64,000 nucleotides of DNA. Origin: a virus (taxonomy: Duplodnaviria; Caudoviricetes). Shown here piece by piece: positions 8,779 to 17,519 of the stretch. Each line of letters begins with the position of its first letter. Positions within the stretch are counted from its first letter, which is position 1. Position numbers and translations under genes: made by a program. A model generated the notes under the pieces. It was given only the letters and a program-made list of their open reading frames with translations. It was not told the origin of the DNA and searched no databases. The stretch lies in IMG/VR virus record IMGVR_UViG_2940228231_000002, positions 32,001 to 96,000 of that record. One strand, 5' to 3'.

Positions 8779-9367
8779 TTTTTCCTCCTTCATTTTTTAC
8801 TTTTGGGTCTACCATTTCCAGATATTCTTCATAAATATCACGTAGCCCACCATCTGATGTGCCAATGTAGATATTTTCACTGTTATATAGTAGCCCGTCT
8901 TCTCTGTCTGCAATCCTAAAAAAGAAATCGAACCTCTTATTTAGAATTATAAAGATGTAGAAACTATCCTCTTGTAGCATTTCTATAGTGTCGTATTGAT
9001 AATCCAAATCAACTCCAGACGGTGATGTTTGCATGTTAACATGGGAATGTCCATATAAACATAGGTTATCAAGCCTCTCATCTTCTTCGAGCGCCATTTT
9101 TTCCAACCACTGCCCATATAGGTTATCAATACATTGCACGGTTACTGGAGACGTTTTGTGCGGATAGAGGAACACATCATCAATCTGATATTCACCCTTC
9201 CCGATCTTTCGCCCACTTCCGTGCCATGCAATTTCGTTTTGATGGAACATTGTCAGGAAAAGCATTTTCGACATTGCTTTTGGGTCAAACAGCACTTTCG
9301 CCTTATCATCTGTTTTTTCAAGCGACGCCACAACAATGCTTTTATCTTTCACATCGTTCTTATTCAT
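8765..9367 (-). CDS. JAB/MPN metallo-isopeptidase
   Basis: EIAWHG...GHSHVNMQTSPSGVD matches E..HxH..S..D. Confidence 0.9.
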   Translation of the reverse strand: MNKNDVKDKSIVVASLEKTDDKAKVLFDPKAMSKMLFLTMFHQNEIAWHGSGRKIGKGEYQIDDVFLYPHKTSPVTVQCIDNLYGQWLEKMALEEDERLDNLCLYGHSHVNMQTSPSGVDLDYQYDTIEMLQEDSFYIFIILNKRFDFFFRIADREDGLLYNSENIYIGTSDGGLRDIYEEYLEMVDPKVKNEGGKNGHK

Positions 9368-10697
9368 TGCTCTCCTCCTTATAGAAATTCTCGATAATAT
9401 AGCGGCCACTGTGCAGCTCACCCGACTCATCCATTATGCATTCACAAGCCATAATTTCATCGAGGAAACGCATGGCAACTGTGGGGTCGAGCCAATTGAT
9501 ATTCTGCGTTAGCGATATTGTCGCCTGTATTGCACTAATTAAATCGCCGTTTTCCATAGCTTGATTCCAAAGCATTTCAAATCCTCCATTGCATTTATAC
9601 ATAGCTGCATGTGGAGCTGGCAAGCCTTCGTAATCCTCTCTCAACCTATGTTCATCTGATACATTTCTCATATAGCTTTGGACATCAAAAGTGATTGCAA
9701 ATGTAGCACTTCCCATAATTTTATACTTGTAATTAACAAAGATTTCATCTAATAGCCATTTCGCCGCTTTTTTCTTATCATTATGCATACCGCCATATAT
9801 ACATACCCTGTCCAAGTCCTCAGTTGCCTTTTGGAATCCATCTTGGTCAAAATAAACTATAGGAGCGACAACATCATAAAACACCTCTGTTCCCCGTGTT
9901 TGTATGTTTTTTATTAGCTGATTTCCGACAAGAAAATCAATGAGCTCTTTATCTCTTTCATTAGTTCCTGCCTCGTTTTCAATTCCAGATAGTATTAACA
10001 TATCGTAATTATTCGCTTCTATGTTCCTTCTATACTCTTGCATAAATGACTCATTCTCTCTATTGCGCTCGTCTATTCTATTTGCAGCAGTTTTCCTTCT
10101 CTGTTTATTCATAATCTGAAGACCATGTATAATAGCATCTTTTTGAATTTGCACCTCAAGTTTTTCGACATCGAATGTAGAGGCAGCCAAGGCCATCTCG
10201 AATGCCTTAGTGCTATCTGACTTTGCAACTTCTTTTAACCAATTAACTTTTTTCCCAATGGTTTTAACATCAATAAGCCCATTTGCAAGTCTTGGCAATA
10301 ATCCCGCTATTACGTGCACAGTTTTTTTGATTACAAAATCTCCCATAGCTCTATTTTTGCCTTTAATAAGGATAATCTTTGTATTGTCTACTTCGTATAT
10401 ATTCACAACCATTGGAAAACCGCAAGACTTAGTAAGATATTCAGATGTGATTACGTCCTCTTTTCCCATGAGTTCATCTAAACTATCGTTGATAAATGAA
10501 AATATATAATCGTATTTAGTTTCTTGTTCAGGATTTAAAGGATTATAATCTCTACGCATGCACACTGACTTTTCAAGCTTTTCTCCACTGGATAAAACAT
10601 TAAGAACAAGCCCCATAGTGAGCAGATCGTCGCTTTTCACATGTATGTTTTGCATTTCTAATTCTTCTATGATTTTCCTTTTTACCGATCCATTCAT
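9360..10697 (-). CDS. protein with coiled coil and probable C-terminal prokaryotic E2-like domain
   Basis: PAPHAAMYKCNGG (PH..CxG) then NINWLD; lies between Ubl and JAB/E1. Confidence 0.6.
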   Translation of the reverse strand: MNGSVKRKIIEELEMQNIHVKSDDLLTMGLVLNVLSSGEKLEKSVCMRRDYNPLNPEQETKYDYIFSFINDSLDELMGKEDVITSEYLTKSCGFPMVVNIYEVDNTKIILIKGKNRAMGDFVIKKTVHVIAGLLPRLANGLIDVKTIGKKVNWLKEVAKSDSTKAFEMALAASTFDVEKLEVQIQKDAIIHGLQIMNKQRRKTAANRIDERNRENESFMQEYRRNIEANNYDMLILSGIENEAGTNERDKELIDFLVGNQLIKNIQTRGTEVFYDVVAPIVYFDQDGFQKATEDLDRVCIYGGMHNDKKKAAKWLLDEIFVNYKYKIMGSATFAITFDVQSYMRNVSDEHRLREDYEGLPAPHAAMYKCNGGFEMLWNQAMENGDLISAIQATISLTQNINWLDPTVAMRFLDEIMACECIMDESGELHSGRYIIENFYKEESNE

Positions 10698-10726
10698 TGT
10701 TTTTCTCCTTTCTATGTTTTTTATTA

Positions 10727-10910
10727 TCTACTAACCTAAAATTTGTTTTCCGTGACTGAAGCAGACTGGCGCTATGGGCAAGGAAGGCTTCAGGGATTGA
10801 AAAGCGAATTATCACTGCTGCTCGTTATTGCAGCAGTAATCCGACTCGATGTGATAACACAAGTAACACTTGTACTGCATTTAATTACTTTAATGCCATT
10901 CGTTAGTAGA
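10727..10910 (-). ncRNA. retron-like msr-msd ncRNA cassette B, inside the Ubl operon
   Basis: 9-bp inverted repeat with flanking G's; SL1 and SL2 covary with cassette A; 20-nt identity TCTACTAACCTAAAATTTGT with 2679-2698. Confidence 0.7.
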
Positions 10911-10923
10911 CTCTATGTATTAT

Positions 10924-11169
10924 TTACATAGCACCATTTGCGTTTTTGATCGCAGACAGGATATTGGTTTCTTCTTTATATCCTTCTAATTGATTTAGCG
11001 GAGTCGTCATTTCTGCCTCAGTCAAATATCCACCATTTAAGGTGAACTGATTTCCTACTAAGATTCCACAAAATTCTTCCATTTCTGTTACATCTACGAA
11101 TGTGCTATTCTCATCAATAATTGCTGATTTTCTTGCTCCTGTTGAGTTCATTACGATTAATTTAGTCAT
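10924..11169 (-). CDS. ubiquitin-like (beta-grasp) protein
   Basis: 81 aa; FTLNGG; C-terminus LSAIKNANG-AM; upstream of E2/JAB/E1. Confidence 0.7.
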   Translation of the reverse strand: MTKLIVMNSTGARKSAIIDENSTFVDVTEMEEFCGILVGNQFTLNGGYLTEAEMTTPLNQLEGYKEETNILSAIKNANGAM

Positions 11170-11244
11170 TTTTATTCTCCTTTTCTCTTCAATAAAATAA
11201 GGCAGCGACTTTTATCACTGCCATCCAATTTTCACTATATCTTT

Positions 11245-11631
11245 TTACAACAAAACACTAACTGATTGCTCAACACTGTCAATTTCTTCTTTGATAACTG
11301 ACAATGCCTGCTCGATGCCCTCTTCAACTGCATTTGCGTTGATCATGACATAAGTGTAGCGTTCTGCAAAATATCGTTTCTTTTCAGCCTCTGTTTCGCC
11401 ACACACTACAACCTTAGTGGCCGCCTTACCATCGCTGGTTGTTTTGCCAAATGCAATTCCATGGCTAAACACACCATTTTCTCCATCACATTTGTACACA
11501 AAATCAACATCGCCGTTTTCGTCATACAATTTTAACACTTCTGGCTTGTACTTTTGAACAGTCTTCAAATCTTCCGTTGTGTAGTCACTTACAATAATTG
11601 CCTCGTTCATCATAATTTTTACTTCTAACAT
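11245..11631 (-). CDS. hypothetical protein, probably first gene of the Ubl operon
   Basis: 128 aa with RBS, C-terminal helix. Confidence 0.7.
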   Translation of the reverse strand: MLEVKIMMNEAIIVSDYTTEDLKTVQKYKPEVLKLYDENGDVDFVYKCDGENGVFSHGIAFGKTTSDGKAATKVVVCGETEAEKKRYFAERYTYVMINANAVEEGIEQALSVIKEEIDSVEQSVSVLL

Positions 11632-11649
11632 TTTTCTTCTCCTTTTAAT

Positions 11650-11844
11650 CTAAATATTTAACTTTAATTGTTCTCCAATAAATGGACAGAACGCCACATT
11701 TTCAAACTCCACCATACTAACCTTTGTCGGTTCGGGCTTAATTTCTGTGCCACTAAATATGTATGCTAGTTGCCTGTGGTGTCCTTGCTCTACTACGCAG
11801 AAACCAGTGGGGTCTCTCGCACATTTTGCTTTACTCTTTTTCAT
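11650..11844 (-). CDS. small hypothetical protein
   Basis: 64 aa with RBS; FCPFIG. Confidence 0.6.
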   Translation of the reverse strand: MKKSKAKCARDPTGFCVVEQGHHRQLAYIFSGTEIKPEPTKVSMVEFENVAFCPFIGEQLKLNI

Positions 11845-11855
11845 TTTTTCCTCCT

Positions 11856-12197
11856 TTAATAATTGCTTAGTAATATTTTTTCAAACTCATCTCCATCTGG
11901 ATCGAATTCAGGTTTTAAGTGAGTCAAGTCCATAAATTCCTGAAATGATATCTCATACGGAAGACTTATAAAACGATCCGCACGATTCCCATATATCATT
12001 CCCCCATCTACACACAAGCGGTAAAATGTATTTTCTCGATAATAATTCCAATATGTTTCTTTATCATCATCATCGCACCAATGAAAACCAATCGAGTAGA
12101 CATACTCTATGAATTCTTTAGCTTCATTTTCCGTTAGACATTCTATCATTGGTCTTCCATCAAAAATATCAAATATGTCATCAACTGTTAGGTTCAT
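11856..12197 (-). CDS. hypothetical protein, tandem paralog of 12181-12570
   Basis: Shared C.T..EA..FI...SIGF, SFQEFMDL, EFEKILL.NY. Confidence 0.75.
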   Translation of the reverse strand: MNLTVDDIFDIFDGRPMIECLTENEAKEFIEYVYSIGFHWCDDDDKETYWNYYRENTFYRLCVDGGMIYGNRADRFISLPYEISFQEFMDLTHLKPEFDPDGDEFEKILLSNY

Positions 12198-12570
12198 ATA
12201 ACTCCTCCTCTTCATAATTTCCCAGTAATATTTTTTCAAATTCATCAGGGTCTACTTCAATTTTGAAGTAAAGAGCAAAATTGATCAAATCCATGAATTC
12301 CTGAAATGACATTCGTTTCTGTAAATATTGTGCATTTGCTTTTAGATAATCAACGCCTGCATATTGTATCTTTCCATTGCCTCGCAATGAATAGTGAGTA
12401 TTTTCCTTCTGATAAATCCACAGTCGTATTTCACCTGCAATATCACTTTCCACTCCAAACCCAATAGAATGAATAAATTTTATAAACGCTCTTGCTTCAT
12501 CTCTAGTTTTACAATTAATCCACGTATTTTCACCTATAATGTCTATTACGTCTGTAATTGTTGGCTTCAT
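12181..12570 (-). CDS. hypothetical protein, tandem paralog of 11856-12197
   Basis: Same shared motifs. Confidence 0.75.
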   Translation of the reverse strand: MKPTITDVIDIIGENTWINCKTRDEARAFIKFIHSIGFGVESDIAGEIRLWIYQKENTHYSLRGNGKIQYAGVDYLKANAQYLQKRMSFQEFMDLINFALYFKIEVDPDEFEKILLGNYEEEELYEPNS

Positions 12571-12696
12571 ATTTTCTCCTTTCAGTGTGCTTTACTATCT
12601 ACTCAGACTTTATAATCTACCATGAAAAAGAATAAGCAATTAACGTCTGCATATCTGAGTAGATAACAAAACACACCTGTTGTTATTTAGTGCGTT

Positions 12697-13299
12697 TCAT
12701 ATTTTTTCTTCCAGTGGCCATGTAAACTCGTCCAATTTTCCATAATCTCCAAACCACCAAAAATCCTCTTCTTCGTCATCTTGGTTAATCCAGATTTTCC
12801 CGTTGTTCTCTTCTTTAGCAAGTGACATCACGTCAAAATCTGCAATGATTGAGCCGAAGAAATTAACAAGCACATCTCTTGCGATTTGGTATGGCGTTCC
12901 GTCACAGCCACCGTCTCTGAGTTCAAATAGGTGCAGCCCATCTGGTATGGTGTTTCTGTTAATTCTCATATCTGAGAAAAGAAACAAGTGGTCTTTGCCG
13001 TCAATTGTGCAGCCTACTAGGTCGAAACTCTCTTTTGTTGCATTTATTTGATTATTGCAATATTTACTATCCATGCAATTCGTGCAGTTATTGCAATCGA
13101 TACAATCACTACAATCCACGCAGTATGAGCAGTTTATGCAATTTCTACAATCAATACACTCTGTACAATTCTCACAGTCTATACAGTTTTCACAGTCAGT
13201 CAATGAATTGCTATTCGTTTCGGCATCTATCTCACTGTAATATCTTGAATTCCACTTGTTATTGTTCTCATCTACCCAAAATCCATTTATTAGTTTCAT
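12697..13299 (-). CDS. CxxCxxC-repeat protein with LPD28-like C-terminal domain
   Basis: WVDENNNKW N-terminus; Cys every third residue; RINRNTIPDGLHLFELR..VLVNFFGSII. Confidence 0.65.
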   Translation of the reverse strand: MKLINGFWVDENNNKWNSRYYSEIDAETNSNSLTDCENCIDCENCTECIDCRNCINCSYCVDCSDCIDCNNCTNCMDSKYCNNQINATKESFDLVGCTIDGKDHLFLFSDMRINRNTIPDGLHLFELRDGGCDGTPYQIARDVLVNFFGSIIADFDVMSLAKEENNGKIWINQDDEEEDFWWFGDYGKLDEFTWPLEEKI

Positions 13300-13301
13300 T
13301 T

Positions 13302-13862
13302 TTATTCTCCTTTTTCACCGATTTCAAATAATGCTTTTACTTTCTCAATTTCTGCTTTATATTGTTTGCCGTACTCATTATCTCCGTGTGTTTTTTCAAC
13401 TGCCTCTTCAAATTCTTTCAGGTTTCCATAAAAACAACCACATATCACTTGCAATGATTTTCCGTTTTTTATTTTTCCATTATAGAAATATGTTATCTCA
13501 TTACGACTACCAATATGTTTAGTAGAATATAATTGTGGCTGTTCTGTATAATTCTCGCAACATCTGCAATGTAAACACTTTGAACAACCATCACAGCAAC
13601 TGCAACTCCTACAATTTTTACACTTTCGACAACCTGTACAATTTGCGCAGCTTATACAATCTCTACAGCCTCTGCAATGTAAGCATTTTGTGCAATTTTT
13701 ACAATCAAAACAATTTTTACAATCAAAACAATTTTCACAGTTTGTGCAATCTCTACAATCAACTAGTGTTTTGCTACAAGCCTCAGCTTCATCTTCACTG
13801 CAAAGCCCATCACCCCATCTGTTATTTCTATCATCTACCCAAAATCCATTCACATGTTTCAT
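13302..13862 (-). CDS. CxxCxxC-repeat protein
   Basis: Cys repeats then IGSRN..TYFY..CGCFYGNL.EF...V..THGDN. Confidence 0.75.
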   Translation of the reverse strand: MKHVNGFWVDDRNNRWGDGLCSEDEAEACSKTLVDCRDCTNCENCFDCKNCFDCKNCTKCLHCRGCRDCISCANCTGCRKCKNCRSCSCCDGCSKCLHCRCCENYTEQPQLYSTKHIGSRNEITYFYNGKIKNGKSLQVICGCFYGNLKEFEEAVEKTHGDNEYGKQYKAEIEKVKALFEIGEKGE

Positions 13863-13871
13863 AATTTTCTC

Positions 13872-14075
13872 CTACATTCTAAAAAAGACAGCCGTTCTAT
13901 AGTCTGTCATTTTTCCCGTTCTAATATAGCTTTCAATTTGGCTCTCATAGTCTCTCACATCTTCTTCTGCCTCGTGATAATTGTCGGCAGTGGAGATAAG
14001 CCGTTTTCCGTGATATACTTCGTAGTACCCACGGTTTTGCTTAATTTCAAATTCGTAATTTTGCGCCCACATCAT
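13872..14075 (-). CDS. small hypothetical protein
   Basis: GYYEVY..G..ISTADN..EA; start approximate. Confidence 0.6.
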   Translation of the reverse strand: MMWAQNYEFEIKQNRGYYEVYHGKRLISTADNYHEAEEDVRDYESQIESYIRTGKMTDYRTAVFFRM

Positions 14076-14295
14076 AATATCCCCCTCCAAATCTTGCACC
14101 AAAAAACCAGTAGGTATCTTCTTCAGGTATCTCTACTGGTTCCATGTATTCTTTGTTTAGGTTGCTTTTCTGAACTTCTTCCTCAGTGTATAATTCGTTT
14201 GCTATGTATATCCATATATCTTCAACATCTTCTCCGTAGAAAACCTGCTTATTATCATACTCTGGTTTTACCTTATAGTATTTCATTTTCCTCAC
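14047..14295 (-). CDS. small hypothetical protein
   Basis: IANELYT..E and TYWFFGARF motifs. Confidence 0.7.
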   Translation of the reverse strand: MRKMKYYKVKPEYDNKQVFYGEDVEDIWIYIANELYTEEEVQKSNLNKEYMEPVEIPEEDTYWFFGARFGGGYYDVGAKLRI

Positions 14296-14531
14296 TCCAT
14301 TTCTAAATTTAGAAACTCTCCTTTGTTCAGTCCACAGAACGCCTTAATGTGACTCCCTGTGGTTGCACTCCAACCATCCCACAATCTGATCAGATCACCA
14401 TTGGTTTTCCGCTTCACTATCGGCGTGAGATAGCTATAAAGTGTTTTATTTCCGTCGCTATCAATTTCTACAACAGCCTTGTGATTAAAGCTCTTTCGCC
14501 CATTGTTGGGTATTAATTCGTACCTTTCCAT
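14292..14531 (-). CDS. small hypothetical protein
   Basis: KSF..KA; LYSYLT; WSATT..HIKAF. Confidence 0.7.
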   Translation of the reverse strand: MERYELIPNNGRKSFNHKAVVEIDSDGNKTLYSYLTPIVKRKTNGDLIRLWDGWSATTGSHIKAFCGLNKGEFLNLEME

Positions 14532-14863
14532 TCTTTCACCTGATTAATAAACCTTTCAATTAAAATATCAATCCTTCTGTTCTGCTCCTCTGTGGAGATG
14601 TCATAATTATGTACAATTTTTTCTGCCATCTGATCATACTCTCTGCACAATTCATACGGTGCTTTTAAGTTGCCAAATGGTGCATATCCTGTGGCAATTG
14701 CTGTGCCCTCAAAAGGATAAATATCGGCTCCCCACCCTTCAATTCTTGTGGTGTATGCTACTGGAGTTTTTCTGTTGAGCAGATATTGAATATTGCAATA
14801 TCCCACTGCAATTACATCAGCATAATTTTCCTTTACTGCCACTTTTGTTGTATGAAATTTCAT
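14513..14863 (-). CDS. hypothetical phage protein
   Basis: GYC..Q.LL; GW.ADIY; IATGYAPFG. Confidence 0.7.
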   Translation of the reverse strand: MKFHTTKVAVKENYADVIAVGYCNIQYLLNRKTPVAYTTRIEGWGADIYPFEGTAIATGYAPFGNLKAPYELCREYDQMAEKIVHNYDISTEEQNRRIDILIERFINQVKEWKGTN

Positions 14864-14870
14864 CTTTTAC

Positions 14871-15089
14871 CTACCTTTCTGCTCTCGCAACTGGCTTTGC
14901 CAACGCACTCGCTGGCCACACAAATTTGCCCTCATCAATATTAATCTTATAGCCGTCCTCAACTGCCTCTACAATTTCCGCAGCCTTGTAGTTATATTTT
15001 CTACGCTCCGCAGATTTTGTTAGATAACTTGCCTGAAGAGGCATATTTACTATTACTTTTTGTCCAATTTCTACATTATGCATATTCAT
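14871..15089 (-). CDS. small hypothetical protein
   Basis: ORF with RBS in operon; start approximate. Confidence 0.6.
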   Translation of the reverse strand: MNMHNVEIGQKVIVNMPLQASYLTKSAERRKYNYKAAEIVEAVEDGYKINIDEGKFVWPASALAKPVARAER

Positions 15090-15132
15090 CCTCCACATAT
15101 TCTTCCCATCCGTAATTTATAGCACCCATTTT

Positions 15133-15372
15133 TCACACTCCAATCCTAATGCACTCATCAAGTGGCACTTTATATCCATGCAGCATCACATACGGTCTAT
15201 CTCCATAGTGAATTTTTAATCTATGTGTTTTTTGCTTTGATGGTGAAGTCCACGCACCAGAAACGCAAATCAAATAGTCTTCAATTCCGTATTCAATACT
15301 TTTAATTTCCAGACCACTGAATCCGCTGTAATATGCAACGCTATCCATTGCTAAAACTTCTGCTTTTTTCAT
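15133..15372 (-). CDS. small hypothetical protein
   Basis: AGGAGG RBS; GLEIKSIEYGIED; PLDECIR. Confidence 0.7.
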   Translation of the reverse strand: MKKAEVLAMDSVAYYSGFSGLEIKSIEYGIEDYLICVSGAWTSPSKQKTHRLKIHYGDRPYVMLHGYKVPLDECIRIGV

Positions 15373-15408
15373 TTTAATACCTCCTTATTATCCTCATAGA
15401 AAATTCTC

Positions 15409-16182
15409 CTATCCTTTCAACTCAAATTTGCACACCATTTCTAAGTCGGTCAATTTTCCACTCATGCCATCTTTCATCTCTTCAGCTGATGCCCAATTTT
15501 CAAACAAGACTCTGAGCACAGCATTTTGCTCCTCTTGTTCTAATTGGCAAACGTATTCTTCCATTTTCACCACATAGATAATGGGCAATTCTGGTTCTTC
15601 AGATAGTTCAAACAATACTTTGACTTTTTCAATTTCCGCTTTGTATTGTTGAGCGTAGTGATTATCTCCATGCGTTTCTTGGATTGTATCTTCAAATTCT
15701 GCAAGACTTCCTCGGAAATCTCCGCAGATAATTTGCAATGATTGTCCATTTTTTATTTGACCATAATAGAATTTCGCTATATCATCATAAATACCAATTT
15801 TTCCTGTTATGTATAATCTAGGTTGTTTTACATAACACTCACAATCCTGACAACTTATACAATCTAAGCATTCCTCACAGTTTATACAGCGTTCGCAATT
15901 TTCGCAGTCCGAACAGTCTACACAAACATGGCAATGGCTACAGTATTCACAAGCATCGCAGCTATGACAACGAACGCACCCTATACAGTTTTTGCAATGC
16001 ATACACCTCTCACAATCACTACAACGATTGCAAAATCCACAACCCGTACAGTTTTTACAATCTATGCATCCATCACAATCAACTAAGCTTAGACTCCATT
16101 TTTCTGCTTCTTCCTTAGAATATAGACTCTGACTCCACTGATTTCCTCTACTATCCGTCCAATATTTATCTATTAATTCCAT
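15409..16182 (-). CDS. CxxCxxC-repeat protein, paralog of 13302-13862
   Basis: Same N-terminus, Cys repeats and THGDN..QQYKAEIEKVK domain, plus extra tail. Confidence 0.75.
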   Translation of the reverse strand: MELIDKYWTDSRGNQWSQSLYSKEEAEKWSLSLVDCDGCIDCKNCTGCGFCNRCSDCERCMHCKNCIGCVRCHSCDACEYCSHCHVCVDCSDCENCERCINCEECLDCISCQDCECYVKQPRLYITGKIGIYDDIAKFYYGQIKNGQSLQIICGDFRGSLAEFEDTIQETHGDNHYAQQYKAEIEKVKVLFELSEEPELPIIYVVKMEEYVCQLEQEEQNAVLRVLFENWASAEEMKDGMSGKLTDLEMVCKFELKG

Positions 16183-16415
16183 AATTTCCTCCTTACATAA
16201 TTTGTGCAGTCACCAGAAATTGCTAATTCCGCCCTTTGCGTGTTTCTGTAAGCCGACTTTTCGGCTCATGTATCACAATTTCCGCTACACTATTTTACTT
16301 ATTTTTGATTTGCAAACCATATTTCAGAGCAAACTATTGCAATTCACACGTTTCTCCGTGGCTTATACATTTTTGCCCTTTGTTTTGTTTTACTTATTTT
16401 TGATTTGCTACTATA

Positions 16416-16444
16416 TTTATAGCACAGAATTTTTGCCCTGTCAA
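16416..16444 (-). promoter_or_regulatory. sigmaA-type promoter
   Basis: TTGACA-17-TATAAA with TG at the extended -10. Confidence 0.75.
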
Positions 16445-16533
16445 CACTCATTTTTCACTTCTACAATTTACTCACTTTGTTTTAGGGCATAAAAATAGGG
16501 CACGATTTGTGCCCACTGCTTGTATTTTTCACG

Positions 16534-16797
16534 TTATAATTTTTCACTATTAAAGTAATCATCGTCCCAGTCAAGACTGCTGGCTGATGCCCACTCAATA
16601 TTTCCCTCTTCATCTTTTTCACAATCTGCCTCATCTACTATTGCGACAAAGACAGTTCGCTCTTTCTGTTCTCTAACCACAAGATGCTCCCACTGATTTT
16701 CTGCCTCAGCGTTCGCCTCTTCAAGCGTATCAAAGAACTGTTGGAACACGTCGCCGTTCCCATCTTTTCTGCCATCAATTACTGTGTATTTTTTCAT
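16534..16797 (-). CDS. hypothetical protein, paralog of 16962-17258
   Basis: Shared DTL.EAN..A...W and DE..NI.W. Confidence 0.7.
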   Translation of the reverse strand: MKKYTVIDGRKDGNGDVFQQFFDTLEEANAEAENQWEHLVVREQKERTVFVAIVDEADCEKDEEGNIEWASASSLDWDDDYFNSEKL

Positions 16798-16910
16798 TTC
16801 ACTTACCTCACTATTTCCTTTGAGTTCTATTTTTTGCGACTTCCACAGTCATCGCCCATTTGGCGTATATTCATTGTATTTTCTACTCTTTATTTTTTTG
16901 CCTCTCCTAT

Positions 16911-16939
16911 AATATAGCAGTAAACTGCCTATTATTCAA
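16911..16939 (-). promoter_or_regulatory. sigmaA-type promoter
   Basis: TTGAAT-17-TATATT with TG at the extended -10. Confidence 0.6.
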
Positions 16940-16961
16940 TAGTTTATATTTTCTCCCACTA

Positions 16962-17258
16962 CTAATCCTCCCAAAATACACCAATACTATGCGTATTAAA
17001 GCCGTCCAATTCTGGTCTGATCAAACGTGCAGTTTCCCAGTCGATATTCTGATCCTCATCTAATAGGCAATCATTTGAGTCGGCGGAAAATACTTGAATA
17101 TTTAAGTCCCTGCCAAATTCTGTGCCATGCATTGTCCACACATGTGTTGCCACACTATTCGCCTCATCGAGCGTATCATATACACCATGGAAATTCTTCT
17201 TCGTCTTAAACCATGTTTCGTCCATTTCCCACACGACATATTTTCTCATATTTTTCAC
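16962..17258 (-). CDS. hypothetical protein
   Basis: 98 aa, paralog of 16534-16797. Confidence 0.7.
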   Translation of the reverse strand: MKNMRKYVVWEMDETWFKTKKNFHGVYDTLDEANSVATHVWTMHGTEFGRDLNIQVFSADSNDCLLDEDQNIDWETARLIRPELDGFNTHSIGVFWED

Positions 17259-17273
17259 CTCATTTAATACTTC

Positions 17274-17444
17274 CTATATTGTGTACATCTCATATGTTTC
17301 TTTATCCATGTACAAATCTCGCCCATTAAAATCATAATCTGTGCCAATATATATAGTGTTCAATTTTTGCAGCTCTGCTTGGGTTATCTGTGTAGCACAT
17401 TCAGTAATTCCACAAACTTCTTCTGGTAAGCTTTTCCTTTCCAT
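17274..17444 (-). CDS. small hypothetical protein
   Basis: ATG after AGGAGG (MERKSL). Confidence 0.55.
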   Translation of the reverse strand: MERKSLPEEVCGITECATQITQAELQKLNTIYIGTDYDFNGRDLYMDKETYEMYTI

Positions 17445-17519
17445 CTTAAACCTCCTTTTTGGCACTAAAAGAGGGCACGGCAATTTTCGCATCATGCCCC
17501 CTTCTACTTCGTGCCTCTA

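Noticed and set aside
12697-16182. CRISPR array or DNA-level tandem repeat
   Set aside because: The periodicity comes from CxxC codons; no constant repeat with unique spacers was seen anywhere in the window.
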